Positions 22,671 through 33,047 of a DNA stretch of 33,047 nucleotides are shown here, piece after piece; position 1 is the stretch's first letter, and each line of letters opens with the position of its first letter. A program made the translations under genes and the position numbers. Source of the DNA: Basidiobolus meristosporus CBS 931.73 (Eukaryota > Fungi > Basidiobolomycota); the NCBI GenBank assembly GCA_002104905.1, contig MCFE01000824.1, positions 1 through 33,047 on the forward strand. Direction: 5' to 3'. Below the pieces are notes generated by a model. That model saw nothing but the letters and a program-made list of their open reading frames with translations, ran no database searches and was not told where the DNA came from.

Positions 22671-22714
22671 GTAAGTAATTGGGAATCTGTGCAGAGCCAC
22701 AAGCTGACCATTAG
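22671..22714 (+). other. Candidate 44-nt spliceosomal intron in ORF-B
   Basis: GTAAGT donor, GCTGAC branch motif, TTAG acceptor. Removal joins the upstream frame to the conserved EAEENVARAV frame. Confidence 0.5.
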
Positions 22715-23199
22715 CTGAGGCAGAGGAGAATGTAGCAAGAGCAGTACTTTCAGTTGCAGACATGCAAGTGACTGTCATAATATCACCAACATCTGTATTA
22801 ACAATTATGTTGCCAGTTCTTACCAAACCATTAACAAGGCAATCAGGTGCAGTGGCTGATAGGATGCATGCAATGGCCCAGAGGAATCATGAAATAGTCC
22901 AGAAATAGGATGAGCGGATAATTCATGCAGAGCAATCAATATCCTAGTAGAGAAAACAGTGTCTTTGCTGCAAAGAAGGAGCTCAAGTAGTTCAATGTCA
23001 CAGCCAAGAATTGAGCCATTTCCCAATGTAACAGCAGAATAACACTGGGCAGTGTTTCAAGCACAACAAAAGTGCCCAAAGATAAAGCCCACAGAAGAAC
23101 CTACCACAGCATTGGAGGAAGTGAATGTAGTATATATACCAAGGCTTAAAAATGAAAAGAAATTGAAGATCCATGAAGCTGTGAGTGAATGATGGAGAG

Positions 23200-23726
23200 C
23201 TTCACAATCACATGACATCCTTGACCTTGTATGAATTGACCAAATCAAGTAGGTGAAGAAATCCCAGTTCCTTGAAAATTATACTACATTCTGGCAGCTT
23301 CAGGAAAGCTCCAAGTCAGCATTGTACAATGAAACATTCTATGAAAGCTCCCCTTAGGAATCTATGTAGCTCAAATACCATATACAGTAATTGCATGTCA
23401 CATGCCCTAGTCATATGCTCAGCTGGCTCTTGGCTTATCCCCATGTGATGTTCTGGTCTATTCTTTGGTACATTTTTATCTTAGCACTCTTGCAATGCCT
23501 CACCCCAGAACCCTACCAGTATTAACCAATATCTCTTGGCATCCATATTGCCAAAAAGTACGTAAAGTTCTATCCCCCCGTATGTATTCCTCAGTCTGAT
23601 AAACACAGGTTTTAAATAAACGGTCTTGCCTTGGAAATCTAACTTGGCTTGTTGATCCACTTCTAAGCTCTTTCCTGGTCCTGCCTTACCTTGCACTACT
23701 CTCCAGCCTTGAGTCTATTCATAACA
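23200..23726 (+). repeat. Solo LTR, family 3, in ORF-B of copy L
   Basis: Reverse complement of 28068-28577. Ends TCATAACA. TSD GAGAG/AAGAG. Empty site is visible near 29210-29230. Confidence 0.85.
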
Positions 23727-24337
23727 AAGAGTGGGCTAATATTCAAGAGGCTGTTAGAAGTATAGCATGCCAAGACCTTGAGGTCTGCAGACAATGGGTT
23801 CATCAGGAACTCAAGGCCAATCAGAATGCACTTGAGTTGCTCCATGACATTGTCCTGGATTCAAACAAGCAAACAGCTTTTGGGCCAGCATTGGTATGCT
23901 AAGAAAGTATCTCAAGATTAGCAGAAGCTTTCAAAGGCAGGAGAACAAGGGTGCAATTGCTAAACCAGCAGCTTTCTTGAGATCCTGTTACAAGCAGTGC
24001 CAAAAGCTCCAAACAAGCATTGAAGAGACAGCAGGAAGCTGCAAAAGTGCCAATAAGGGAAAAGCAGGCAGACACAGATGCATAAGCACAACACTTTCCA
24101 AGGAAAAAATGTGGTTCTATTCAAGAAGCACTCAGTTAGAGTAGTAGTGAAGGACTTGGCGGTGATAAAAATAAGTGGATACCTCAGGAGCCCTTCACAG
24201 CATTAGCTGAGAGCTCCAAGGAAGTGGAAAAGTAGCATCAGGTTGCCTGCAGTGTGCCAGCCAGGGATAAGTAGGCCAAAACAGATGCATTACAGCAGCA
24301 TTTACTGATGAGAAAACATAGTTCAACAAAAGAAGCG

Positions 24338-25239
24338 CTCACAGAAAGTAGTGGTGAAACAACTGGCAGTAATAGAGGAAAAGGGAAAGGGAAAAAAGTC
24401 TACCCAAGCCAGAGACAAGGAATCATAAGAAAAAAGCTGTAGTTCTTGCCAATTAATGCTATAAGCCTGGAGCATACTGGACTCCATCATAGCCAAGAAA
24501 ACAATCAACAAGAAGACAGCTGCTTTCTCAATAGTTGGAAGCACAGCCTGATGAGCTACACTCCAGTGTGGTAGATGAGTTTCCAGAGAAAGGCAATTTG
24601 TGTACCACAGTCTCCACGTCCACCATTGTTGACAGAGTTAAGATCCCACTGACAGGCAATGTAACAATGTCAGGAACTCAAAAGGCTACCACAATGCTTT
24701 CAGTGGAATCTTAGAACATTAAAAGACACACCAAGAGGTTGCCACACTTATTCAAGAGCAGTGCTCAACAAGATGCACTTGAATGTTGCAAGGACTTATT
24801 GGAAAGACTGGTTGATAAGCGGCTAGACCTTGCAGGGCCAGCTGAAGGCCAGGACATATGGGAGCTTGTGAATGAACAATGGCATGAAGCCATAGGGTTC
24901 CCACCAAAGTTGTGGAAACAGAGGATTTCAGCAGATATACCTATTGAGTGGTGGATTTTAATGGAGCTATTTGTTGAGTGTAGGGCTGGGCTTAATATCA
25001 ATGTAGGGCACAGGGACTTGAATAGGTCAGTACAATTGGCAACTGAGCTACAACTGAAGTTTCAATGGATATAAATCCATTTGTATGCATGAAAAATAAG
25101 AGAAATAGTTGAGTCAGTTAGTAAAGAATGTGAAAAAGCGGCAATTGCCAATCAATGCACACAAATGTAGGAGGTGATGGAGTGTCCAGGATCAGAAAGT
25201 GATAAAACTGTCAGAGTACCAATCAAAAGCTACATTTGT
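24338..25239 (+). repeat. Left arm of a ~900-bp near-identical inverted repeat
   Basis: Reverse complement of 26360-27260. One difference in 24541-24720. The 111-aa ORFs differ at 6 residues, each explicable by a single transition. Confidence 0.92.
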
Positions 25240-25699
25240 GTAATTGTGATGAAATATTTTGACCCAGTTTTTTACAATATCTGGGGTGCAAATATGCTTC
25301 CACTTTCATTGCACCGTGTCCTGATGGAATCAATGCATCTTAGTCACAGGACTTAGAATCTGTGACAGCCTTTTGACAGAATCATCACAATAATTTTTCA
25401 TATGGTCTTTCATAGGGAATATTGCAATTTGCGCTGGAACATCACATGAATATCTGTTGGATAGATTTACCTTCAGAGCAGAAGTTACCTCAAAGTCCAC
25501 CTATTCTACCTCAGTATCAACAGCTGATGAAAGCTCTCCTATCATTAACCATATGTTGCAGCTATTTGTAGTGAGGCTCAACAACTACAAAGATAACTTG
25601 CAGTCCTTAATATCTGGGAAATTGCAAGCTTAATGATGTATTGGGAAAATATTGCTATTGCATTATTGCTCATCAAATAAGTGAAGAAACTATGCTACT

Positions 25700-25845
25700 T
25701 CAAACCTGAAATAACCAAGTGTATGAGTTACTTTCTACAGCCTGGCTTTGCAAGTGCCCCAACACCATTGATGGGTCTGATGCATACCATCTTCCAGAAA
25801 TACTTGGACTGTCATATGGTGGTCTAACCATATGACAGAGCAATA
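25700..25845 (+). pseudogene. Family 2 RT remnant ending just after the degenerate YLDD motif
   Basis: About 65% nucleotide match to 11235-11340 (ccatcttccagaaatac..gtggtctaaccatatgacagagcaata). Confidence 0.7.
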
Positions 25846-26359
25846 CCCTACAAAAAATAGATATCATCAACCAGTCAAAAGGCCATCACAAGATTTAAAT
25901 CTGATGACTAAGAGGCATTGACGCCATGAGGTCATTGTTCAGAGACTGTTGAAAAAACTCATCTCAGATTTAACAAAAAATATGGTCAAAATATTCCATT
26001 GAAGCAGAAAGTGGCTTTGGTTTGCTCTCTGCCAGAGTTCTCACTTCTGACCCTTAACACTCAAGAACCTCCTATATTTGTGTGAAGTAATTGGCTGTTT
26101 CCCCTCTTGCACACTCCTCACCTCCTGACCTAACTGAGGCTCATACTTTTCATCTACAAAAAGTGGTTAATTTCCATTTGATCTTCAATTGTACCTTATG
26201 AAAGATTATTGTGATGATCCCATCAAAAGGCCATCACAGACTCTAAGCTTTGTGACTAAGAGGTATTGATCCATCAGGACACTGTGTAAAGACTGTTGAA
26301 AAATTATTGCACCCCAGTTATTGTAACAAACTTGGTTAAAATTTTTCATCACAATAATA

Positions 26360-27260
26360 CAAATGTAGCTTTTGATTGGTACTCTGACAGTTTTATCACT
26401 TTCTGATCCTGGACACTCCATCACCTCCTACATTTGTGTGCATTGATTGGCAATTGCCGCTTTTTCACATTCTTTACTAACTGACTCAACTATTTCTCTT
26501 ATTTTTCATGCATACAAATGGATTTATATCCATTGAAACTTCAGTTGTAGCTCAGTTGCCAATTGTATTGACCTATTCAAGTCCCTGTGCCCTACATTAA
26601 TACTAAGCCCAGCCCTACACTCAACAAATAGCTCCATTAAAATCCACCACTCAATAAGTATATCTGCTGAAATCCTCTGTTTCCACAACTTTGGTGGGAA
26701 CCCTATGGCTTCATGCCATTGTTCATTCACAAGCTCCCATATGTCCTGGCCTTCAGCTGGCCCTGCAAGGTCTAGCTGCTCATCAACCAGTCTTTCCAAT
26801 AAGTCCTTGCAATATTCAAGTGCATCTTGTTGAGCACTGCTCTTGAATAAGTGTGGCAACCTCTCGGTGTGCCTTTTAATGTTCTAAGATTCCACTGAAA
26901 GCATTGTGGTAGCCTTTTGAGTTCCTGACACTGTTACATTGCCTGTCAGTGGGATCTTAACTCTGTCAACAATGGTGGACGTGGAGACTGTGGTACACAA
27001 ATTGCCTTTCTCTGGAAACTCATCTACCACACTGGAGTGTAGCTCATCAGGCTGTGCTTCCAACTATTGAGAAAGCAGCTGTCTTCTTGTTGATTGTTTT
27101 CTTGGCTATGATGGAGTCCAGTATGCTCCAGGCTTATAGCATTAATTGGCAAGAACTACAGCTTTTTTCTTATGATTCCTTGTCTCTGGCTTGGGTAGAC
27201 TTTTTTCCCTTTCCCTTTTCCTCTATTGCTGCCAGGTGTTCCACCACTACTTTCTGTGAG
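26360..27260 (-). repeat. Right arm of the ~900-bp near-identical inverted repeat
   Basis: See 24338-25239. Abrupt non-homologous junction at 27261. Confidence 0.92.
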
Positions 27261-28067
27261 AGCCAACATCTGCGCCCATTGATTGACCTTTTCTTCTTTT
27301 TCACACTCCTTACTACCTGACTCAACCATTTCTCTTATTTTTCATGCATACCAATGGATTTGTATCCATTGAAACTGCAGTTGTAGCTCAGTTGCCAATC
27401 TTGTTGACCTATACAAGTCCCTATACCCTACACTAATATCAAGCCCAGCCCTACACTCAACAAATAGCTCCATTAAAATCCACCACTCAATAAGTATTTC
27501 TGCTGTAACGCTCTGTTTCCACAACTTTGGAGGGAACTCTACAGCTTCATGCCATTGTTCATTCACTGGTTCCCATGTGTCCTGGTCTTCAGCTGGTACT
27601 GCAAGGTCTAGCCCCTCATCTGCCAGTCTTTGCAATAAGTCCTGGCAATGTTTAAGTGCGTTTTCTTAAGCACTGCTGTTGAAGAAATGCTGCAACCTCC
27701 TGGTGCGCCTATTAATATTGCAAAATACCACTAAAGGCATAGTAATAACCTTTTGAGTTCTTGACATAGCTACTTTGTCTGTCACTGGGATTTCCACTCT
27801 GTCAACAATGGAGGATGTGGAGGCTATGGTAGACAAATTACATGTCTCTGGAAACTTGTCTACCTCACTGAAGTATAGCTTAACTGGCTGCGTTTCCAAA
27901 TCTTGTGAGAACAGCTGTTTTCTTCTTGGTAATTCTTCTTGGCAATGATGGGATTCAGTCTGTTCTGGGCTTACAGCATTAATTGGCAAGTACTGCAGCT
28001 TTTTCTCATGGTTTCCTCTCTCTGGCTTGGGTACACTCTCCCCTTTACCTCTTCCTTTATCAATTAT

Positions 28068-28577
28068 GGTTATGAATAGACACAAGGCAGGAGAGTAAGG
28101 CTAGGCAAGGCAGGACCAGGAAAGGACTTAGGTGTGGATCAACAAGGCAAGGCTGTTTATTCAAGACCTGTGTTTATCAGACTGAGGAACACATAAGGGG
28201 GGATAGGACTATATATACTTTTTGGCAATATGAATGCCAAGAGATATTGGCTATTACTGATGGGGTTCTGGGGTGAGGCACAGTAAGTATGCCAAGATAG
28301 AATATACTAAAGAACAGACTGGAATATCACATGGAGATATGTCAGGGGTCAACTGATCATGTGACTAGGTCATGTGACATGTAGCCACCATATATGGCAT
28401 GGGACTACATAGACTCTAACGGGAAGCTTCCATAGAATGTTCCATTGTGTAACATTTACTTGGAGCTTTCAAGAAGTTGCTAGAATGTAGTAGAGCTTTC
28501 TAAAAGGAACTGGGATTTCTTCACTGACTTGAATTGGCTAGTTAATTAGAGACCAGGGATGTAATCTGATCATGACA
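28068..28577 (-). repeat. Solo LTR, family 3, in ORF-B of copy R
   Basis: GGTTATGAATAGAC...TCATGACA with a perfect 5-bp TSD ATTAT (28063-28067, 28578-28582). Confidence 0.9.
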
Positions 28578-30161
28578 ATTATAGGACTTTCACTGTTACT
28601 TTGTCTGAGTTCTTCTTGTATTGAACTACTTTTTCTCCTTGATAAATGCTGCTCTGATGCATCTGTTTTAGCCTGCTTGTCCCTTGCTGGCACTCTGTGG
28701 GCAACCTGACACTTTTTTCCTGATTGTTTTAAGCTCTCGGCCCATGCTGTGACAGGCTCCTGAGGTAGCCACTTGTTTTTATCACTGCCAGGTTCTTCAC
28801 TGCTACTTTTACTAAGTGCTTCTTGAGTGGACCTACACTTTTTCCTTGGTAAATGTTGTGCTGGTACATCTGTATCTGCCTGCTTTTCCCTTATTAGAAC
28901 TCTTCCAGCTACCTGGTGTCTCTTTGACACTTGTTTGGAGCTTTTGGCTCTGCTTCAAACAGGTTTTCAAGGTGGTTGCTGGTTTTCAGCCATTACAACC
29001 TGGTTCTTCTGCCTTTAATAGTTTCTACAACTCTTGAGATACTTACTTAGCATACCAATGCTGGCCCAAATACCATTTGCTTGTTTGAATCCAAGATAAT
29101 ACTTATTGAGCAAGCCAAGCTCATTCTGCATGGCCTTGAGTTCCTGATGGTCCCATGGTACATCAGTCATGACGTGTTGGAATGCTAGAATTCTAACAGC
29201 CTCCTAAGTGTTAGCCCACTTTTCATCATTGCACTCAGTGGCTTCATGGATATTTAATGTCTTTTGATTTTTAGGCTTTGGTTCAAACACAACATTTTTC
29301 CCTCCCATGCTGAGATAGGTTTTTCTATGGGGCTTATCTTACAGCACTGTTGTTGTGCTTCAAAGACAATAGAGTGCTCTTCCGCTGTCACATCAGGAAA
29401 TAGCTCAATTCTTGGCTGTGCTACTGAGCTACTTGAGTTCCTTCTTTGCAACATAGATACTGCCTTCTCTACCTGGGATGTTAATTGCTCTACACCTTTT
29501 ATCTGCTCATCCTATTTCTGGACTATTTCATAATTTCTCTGTGCTATTGCATCCATCCTATCAGTCACTGCACCTAATTGCCTCATTAATGCTTTGGTAG
29601 GAGCTGACAACTTACTTGCTAAAACAGGTGGCGTGAAATTATGACAGCCACTTGCTGGTCTTCAACTGATGGTACTGCTTTTGCTACATTCTCATCTGCC
29701 TCAGCAGTATGATCAGCTTACAGTTCCGCAGAGATTCCCAATTGCCTACTTGACTGAGAGCGTGCGGAGCCCCCATTATTTCCTTCAGTAGGCACACTAT
29801 CCACAGGGCCTTTATTGATTATAGCCCTGCTTGTAACATTGAATGTCAAAGCAAGCTGTCATCCAACTGTTCTTCTGCTGCTGTCAGCAGTGAGGTTTGG
29901 TTAGCAACCAGATGACTTTGCTTTATTTTTTGGCGGCATATATATGGAAGTAAGTCAAACCAAAGGAGAAATGGTGTTACATATACATGTGTATGTGGTG
30001 CTACAACTTTGTTTATAATACTTACTATAGCTGGCCATCATTGAATCTTATATTCATGTTGGTGTAATGTTGCAAATATAAGACTGTCTTAAATTGACAT
30101 GAATATTGACAAAAAAGTGATATAATAGTGTTATGTTGTTGAGTGTCAAGCCATTTGCCTA

Positions 30162-30800
30162 ATGGACAAGACTACTTTGATTCAACGCCATAAGAGAAGA
30201 GAAAAAAGTCCATGTGGCTATTGCAGCAAGCCTCTCAGCCATGAAGCACACAGACAGCATAGGAAGTATTACAATGACCACAGCCAGTGTTTTGCTACAC
30301 AAGTCATGCTTGACCATTCACAAGTCACTACTATACCAGCAATATCTTGCCAGCTATTTGATACTTCTGTAACAGCATCTGGCTGTACTTGTCACCTTGC
30401 GCAAACTGTTTCCCCAGTGTTTATGATGTCCTTAGGCTCACCCCAGCCTTCTGAATATAGTATGCGGAGTGATAGCTCTGAAGAAGCAGGCTCACTGATG
30501 GACTGTGGGCCTATCTTTTCTAACAACAGTACCCTGCATGAGCCTGGCAAAATCCCATTATGCAATGAGAAAACACCTGTAAAAAAATGCCAAGGATATG
30601 TTATGCAGTCAAGTGAGCCCAGTGATCCATCTACTTGTGAATGATGTGGTGTCGTGGCTAGAGAAGTGGCGTGTTTCCACTAAAATCAGGTATGGGAGCT
30701 TTGAGGATTTACCACTAATTCCTGCCAAAATCATCCCAGGATGCAACTTACCATGTACAAGGTATAAATGGAAAACCATCATGTGGCTGGCAACTTATGA
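30162..30800 (+). pseudogene. N-terminal part of the CACTA transposase (copy R)
   Basis: ORF 30162-30644 has CGYC..LSH...HR. A frameshift leads into FEDLPLIPAKIIPGCNLP (30598-30939), which matches the reverse complement of 21920-21990. Confidence 0.7.
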
Positions 30801-31259
30801 CCCAGAGGCCATTGTGGTGGTGCCTAAGTCCCAGGTAGAAATATGTCCAACCCTTCTCAAGTGTTATGTGTGTGGTGTGTCAACTGGGTGCAATACGCTC
30901 TGGCAAAGCTTGCCAGGAATACTTGGGTTCTGTCTCTAATCTAATGTGATGGATAATAAAGCCACAAGCTTGTCAAGGGAAAACTTTTGATCTACAATCC
31001 CCAACTTAGTTGGCATCTTTACTATAGTATGTGCTGGGCTCAGCACCCTTTGAGATGACAATATACTAAAGCTTCCAAGGTCAAAATAACTGTAAACTCT
31101 GCCAGCAGGGACATGATAAGAATGCACCTGTGGTCTATAGTTACAAAGACAGAAGAGTATCACTGCATGTACGAGAACAAGCTTGGGATAGAATCAAATA
31201 TAATAAAAGATACCTACTCTGAGTATTCCTCACAAGTAGTGCCTCCAAGCTCAGTTGGC

Positions 31260-31538
31260 TGTCAGCGTGGTTTCCTGGGAGTGTCCTGTGGTCTGGGGTT
31301 GGAAGTTCAGGTAGCAGCAGGTAGCAGTGATCACACTAATCAACAAGCTGGTATATTGATAAAAGGGATGAAGATTTATTGCTGAGGGATTGCCTCCCTT
31401 ATATACTTTTCTCACTGGCTAAGTGATTACTAATCATGGTGTTCTGGAAGGTTCCAGTGGTCTAATAGAAATCTTAATGCATCAGAATGAGCTAAGAATG
31501 TTCCAAGTAGGTGCTGGAAGGTTCTAAGAGGCAGAGCA
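31260..31538 (-). repeat. Possible truncated LTR of a further family
   Basis: On the minus strand, AGTATATAAG is followed by CAATAAA and the sequence ends CTGACA. No second copy in the window. Confidence 0.35.
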
Positions 31539-31925
31539 TGTGAGTACTCAATGTAGTACCCACTCTTTGCCCAAGAGTTCTCCCAAGAGTTCCCTCCAGA
31601 GTCCTACCCAAAGTCCTCCAGTACCCTCCCTATGATTCCCCCACGCATCCTCCCCTCCTATCCCTGCCCTTATCTAGTTAGAACACTTACCATAACAGGA
31701 AGGTGTTCACACCCCTATTTTATAACGCATTGTCTATTGTCTAAGCCCCCCCAAGTGATATATATATCTACCCAATTGAACCAGGAAGAACAACAAGATT
31801 TGGACAAAATAAACAGAAGTCTTTATTACCTTGCTACCTTCTATTGGAAGCTATTCTGAGCCAAGTGGTACTGACTTGACCTACAAGCTCTCCCACTCAC
31901 CAAGTACAGTCAGTAATAACCCACA
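31539..31925 (+). repeat. 5' LTR of family 1 copy 2
   Basis: TGTGAGTACT...CCCACA, 387 bp. Confidence 0.93.
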
Positions 31926-31966
31926 TATTTGGTGCCGTCTCTGCGGAAATAAGCACAAGTGAGGTA

Positions 31967-32839
31967 ATGACTACTACAATCAAACTAAAGACATACAAGG
32001 GAAAGAGAGAGAAAGCCCTTGAGTGGTTTGATAAGTTTGAGAGAGTTGCGGTTGATGCAGGATGGGACAACGATAAGAAAGTAAGAGAGTTTGCAAGACA
32101 TATGGAAGGGTCAGCATGGCAATGGCATTATGGGTTGGAAGACGCATTCAAAGACGACTGGGATGCACTAGAAGAAGCCTACAAGACACGCTTTCTATAT
32201 GCCGAAGGATACCACTACAAAGCCCTTCTACTGTCCTTGCGGAAGAAAAGCAGTGAAAGCTATGAAGCCTACACTGAACTGTTTCTCTAACAAGTTCGAT
32301 GTCTCCCGAAGGACAAAATTGCCAAACGACAGCTCATGAGGTATTACATCATGGGCTTAGACGACAAAATAAGACGTAGGGCGTCCAAAGAACAACAGGG
32401 ATGTAAAACGTTGCAAGAGATGGTCAAACGCGTACGAGGGGTCATCTTGCTATGGGGGCTACCCTATAGTGATACAAATGATTGAAGGACAGGGATCCCC
32501 CGTAAGAAAGGAAAAATTGCCTCCCCAAAAGACCGTGAGTTAGAGGAATTACGGCAAAAGGTCCAAGAACTCTCGATCAACAATGTCCAAGAAGTCCCCA
32601 AAGAAGGTGATAAACTCTGGGAAGCTGTCGTAGATCTAAAGGCCCAGGTTCAAGTCCTGACCCAACAGATGGAACGACTGCAACAACAGTATCCGTGTTA
32701 TGTGTGTGGAGAAGTAGGTCACCGGGCCCATGAATGTGAAAAACGGTACGGAAGAGAAGCCGTACCGGACACAAAAGAGAAGAAGGCGTCAAAAGACAGA
32801 GTCCCTCACCAGGAGGCCAACAGGACTCAGTCAATCTAA
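31967..32839 (+). pseudogene. gag with CCHC zinc knuckle (two premature stops)
   Basis: In-frame CYVCGEVGHRAHEC at 32696-32737. Premature TAA at 32288 and TGA at 32483; terminal TAA at 32837. Confidence 0.9.
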
Positions 32840-33047
32840 GCCCTCCAGTCAGGACAATTGAAGTGCGGAAGAAGAAGCGTTGACATGATGCTTCTAGAGA
32901 GGAGGCGAAGGAACCTGTAGTAGAGGTTCCGTCAAAAGGAAAGAGCACGGAATTAGGTGAATAAGTACAGAATGAACCTTGGGAAGAAGTGTTAAAGCGA
33001 ACAAAGAACGCTAGCATGTCTTCCATTGCCTATTCCCCATAATGAAG

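Larger units (their letters stand above)
22481..25390 (+). pseudogene. ORF-B of the CACTA-type element, unknown function, interrupted by a solo LTR
   Basis: One frame is conserved between copies L, R and M (MPPKN...; S/K/E/Q-rich repeats; ALEYCKDLLERL...QWIQIHLYA.KIRE), broken by TAA/TAG/TGA transitions. The start codon is GTG in copy L. End approximate. Confidence 0.65.
19365..25417 (-). mobile_element. Near full-length degenerate CACTA/EnSpm-type transposon (copy L); strand given by transposase orientation
   Basis: Left end CCATACATAAAA aligns with the copy M start. Right end TTTCATAGGG. Contains a transposase (minus strand) and ORF-B (plus strand). TSD not verified. Confidence 0.85.
25880..29939 (-). 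pseudogene. ORF-B of copy R (with a duplicated C-terminal tract and a solo LTR)
   Basis: ATG at 29939 (MPPKNKAKSS). The track ORFs at 29254-29454, 28538-28930, 27666-28085, 27342-27635 and 26524-26859 are pieces of it. Distal end approximate. Confidence 0.65.
25846..30800 (+). mobile_element. CACTA-type transposon copy R, inverted relative to L, transposase end truncated
   Basis: Starts CCCTACAAAAAATA. Reverse-complement homology to 21900-25417. Homology is lost near 30800. Confidence 0.85.
31539..33047 (+). mobile_element. Gypsy family 1 copy 2, 5' part (runs out of the window)
   Basis: LTR 31539-31925, PBS 31930-31941, gag from 31967. Reverse-complement homolog of 8080-9578. Confidence 0.93.

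Noticed and set aside
13503-27635. Four similar 97-111 aa ORFs (MPHLFKSS.. type) as a small gene family or toxin array
   Set aside because: They start at TTG or internal codons and end at CAA/CGA-derived stops. They are fragments of CACTA ORF-B.
30094-30126. TTGACA (30094 and 30106) and TATAAT (30121) resembling a bacterial sigma70 promoter
   Set aside because: Spacers are 21 and 9 nt rather than about 17, and the context is an AT-rich intergenic region of a eukaryotic transposon.
30800-31259. Possible non-LTR (LINE) RT remnant on the minus strand (YFDL..KLGI)
   Set aside because: Too degenerate, with no second copy in the window. Left unassigned.
1-33047. CRISPR array, tRNA/rRNA genes or prokaryotic operons; also the many short antisense ORFs in the track
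   Set aside because: No regularly spaced short repeats or RNA gene motifs were seen. The short ORFs overlap TE coding remnants in other frames and have no independent support.

Overview
Eukaryotic, probably fungal, nest of degenerate transposable elements. I find no intact host gene, RNA gene or CRISPR array. The fungal call is inferred from a short GTAAGT..GCTGAC..TAG intron and a TGGTAGCTGCAA primer-binding site. Main contents: (1) a full-length but inactivated Ty3/Gypsy element on the minus strand (2823-9578, 377-bp LTRs, 5-bp TSD) with an unexplained 350-codon extra ORF between integrase and the 3' LTR, plus a younger second copy starting at 31539; (2) a PIF/Harbinger-type (DDE_Tnp_4-like) transposase split by that Gypsy, and a 705-bp foldback element sharing its terminus; (3) a second Gypsy family (10450-16517 plus fragments); (4) five copies or fragments of a CACTA/EnSpm-type DNA transposon with CCCTA(C/T)GA termini and a divergently oriented second gene (ORF-B), two of them forming a large inverted arrangement around a ~900-bp near-identical tract; (5) solo or partial LTRs of at least three families. 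Copy-to-copy comparison shows pervasive C-to-T/G-to-A decay concentrated at CpG. All alignments, counts and approximate boundaries were made by eye; no database search was run.
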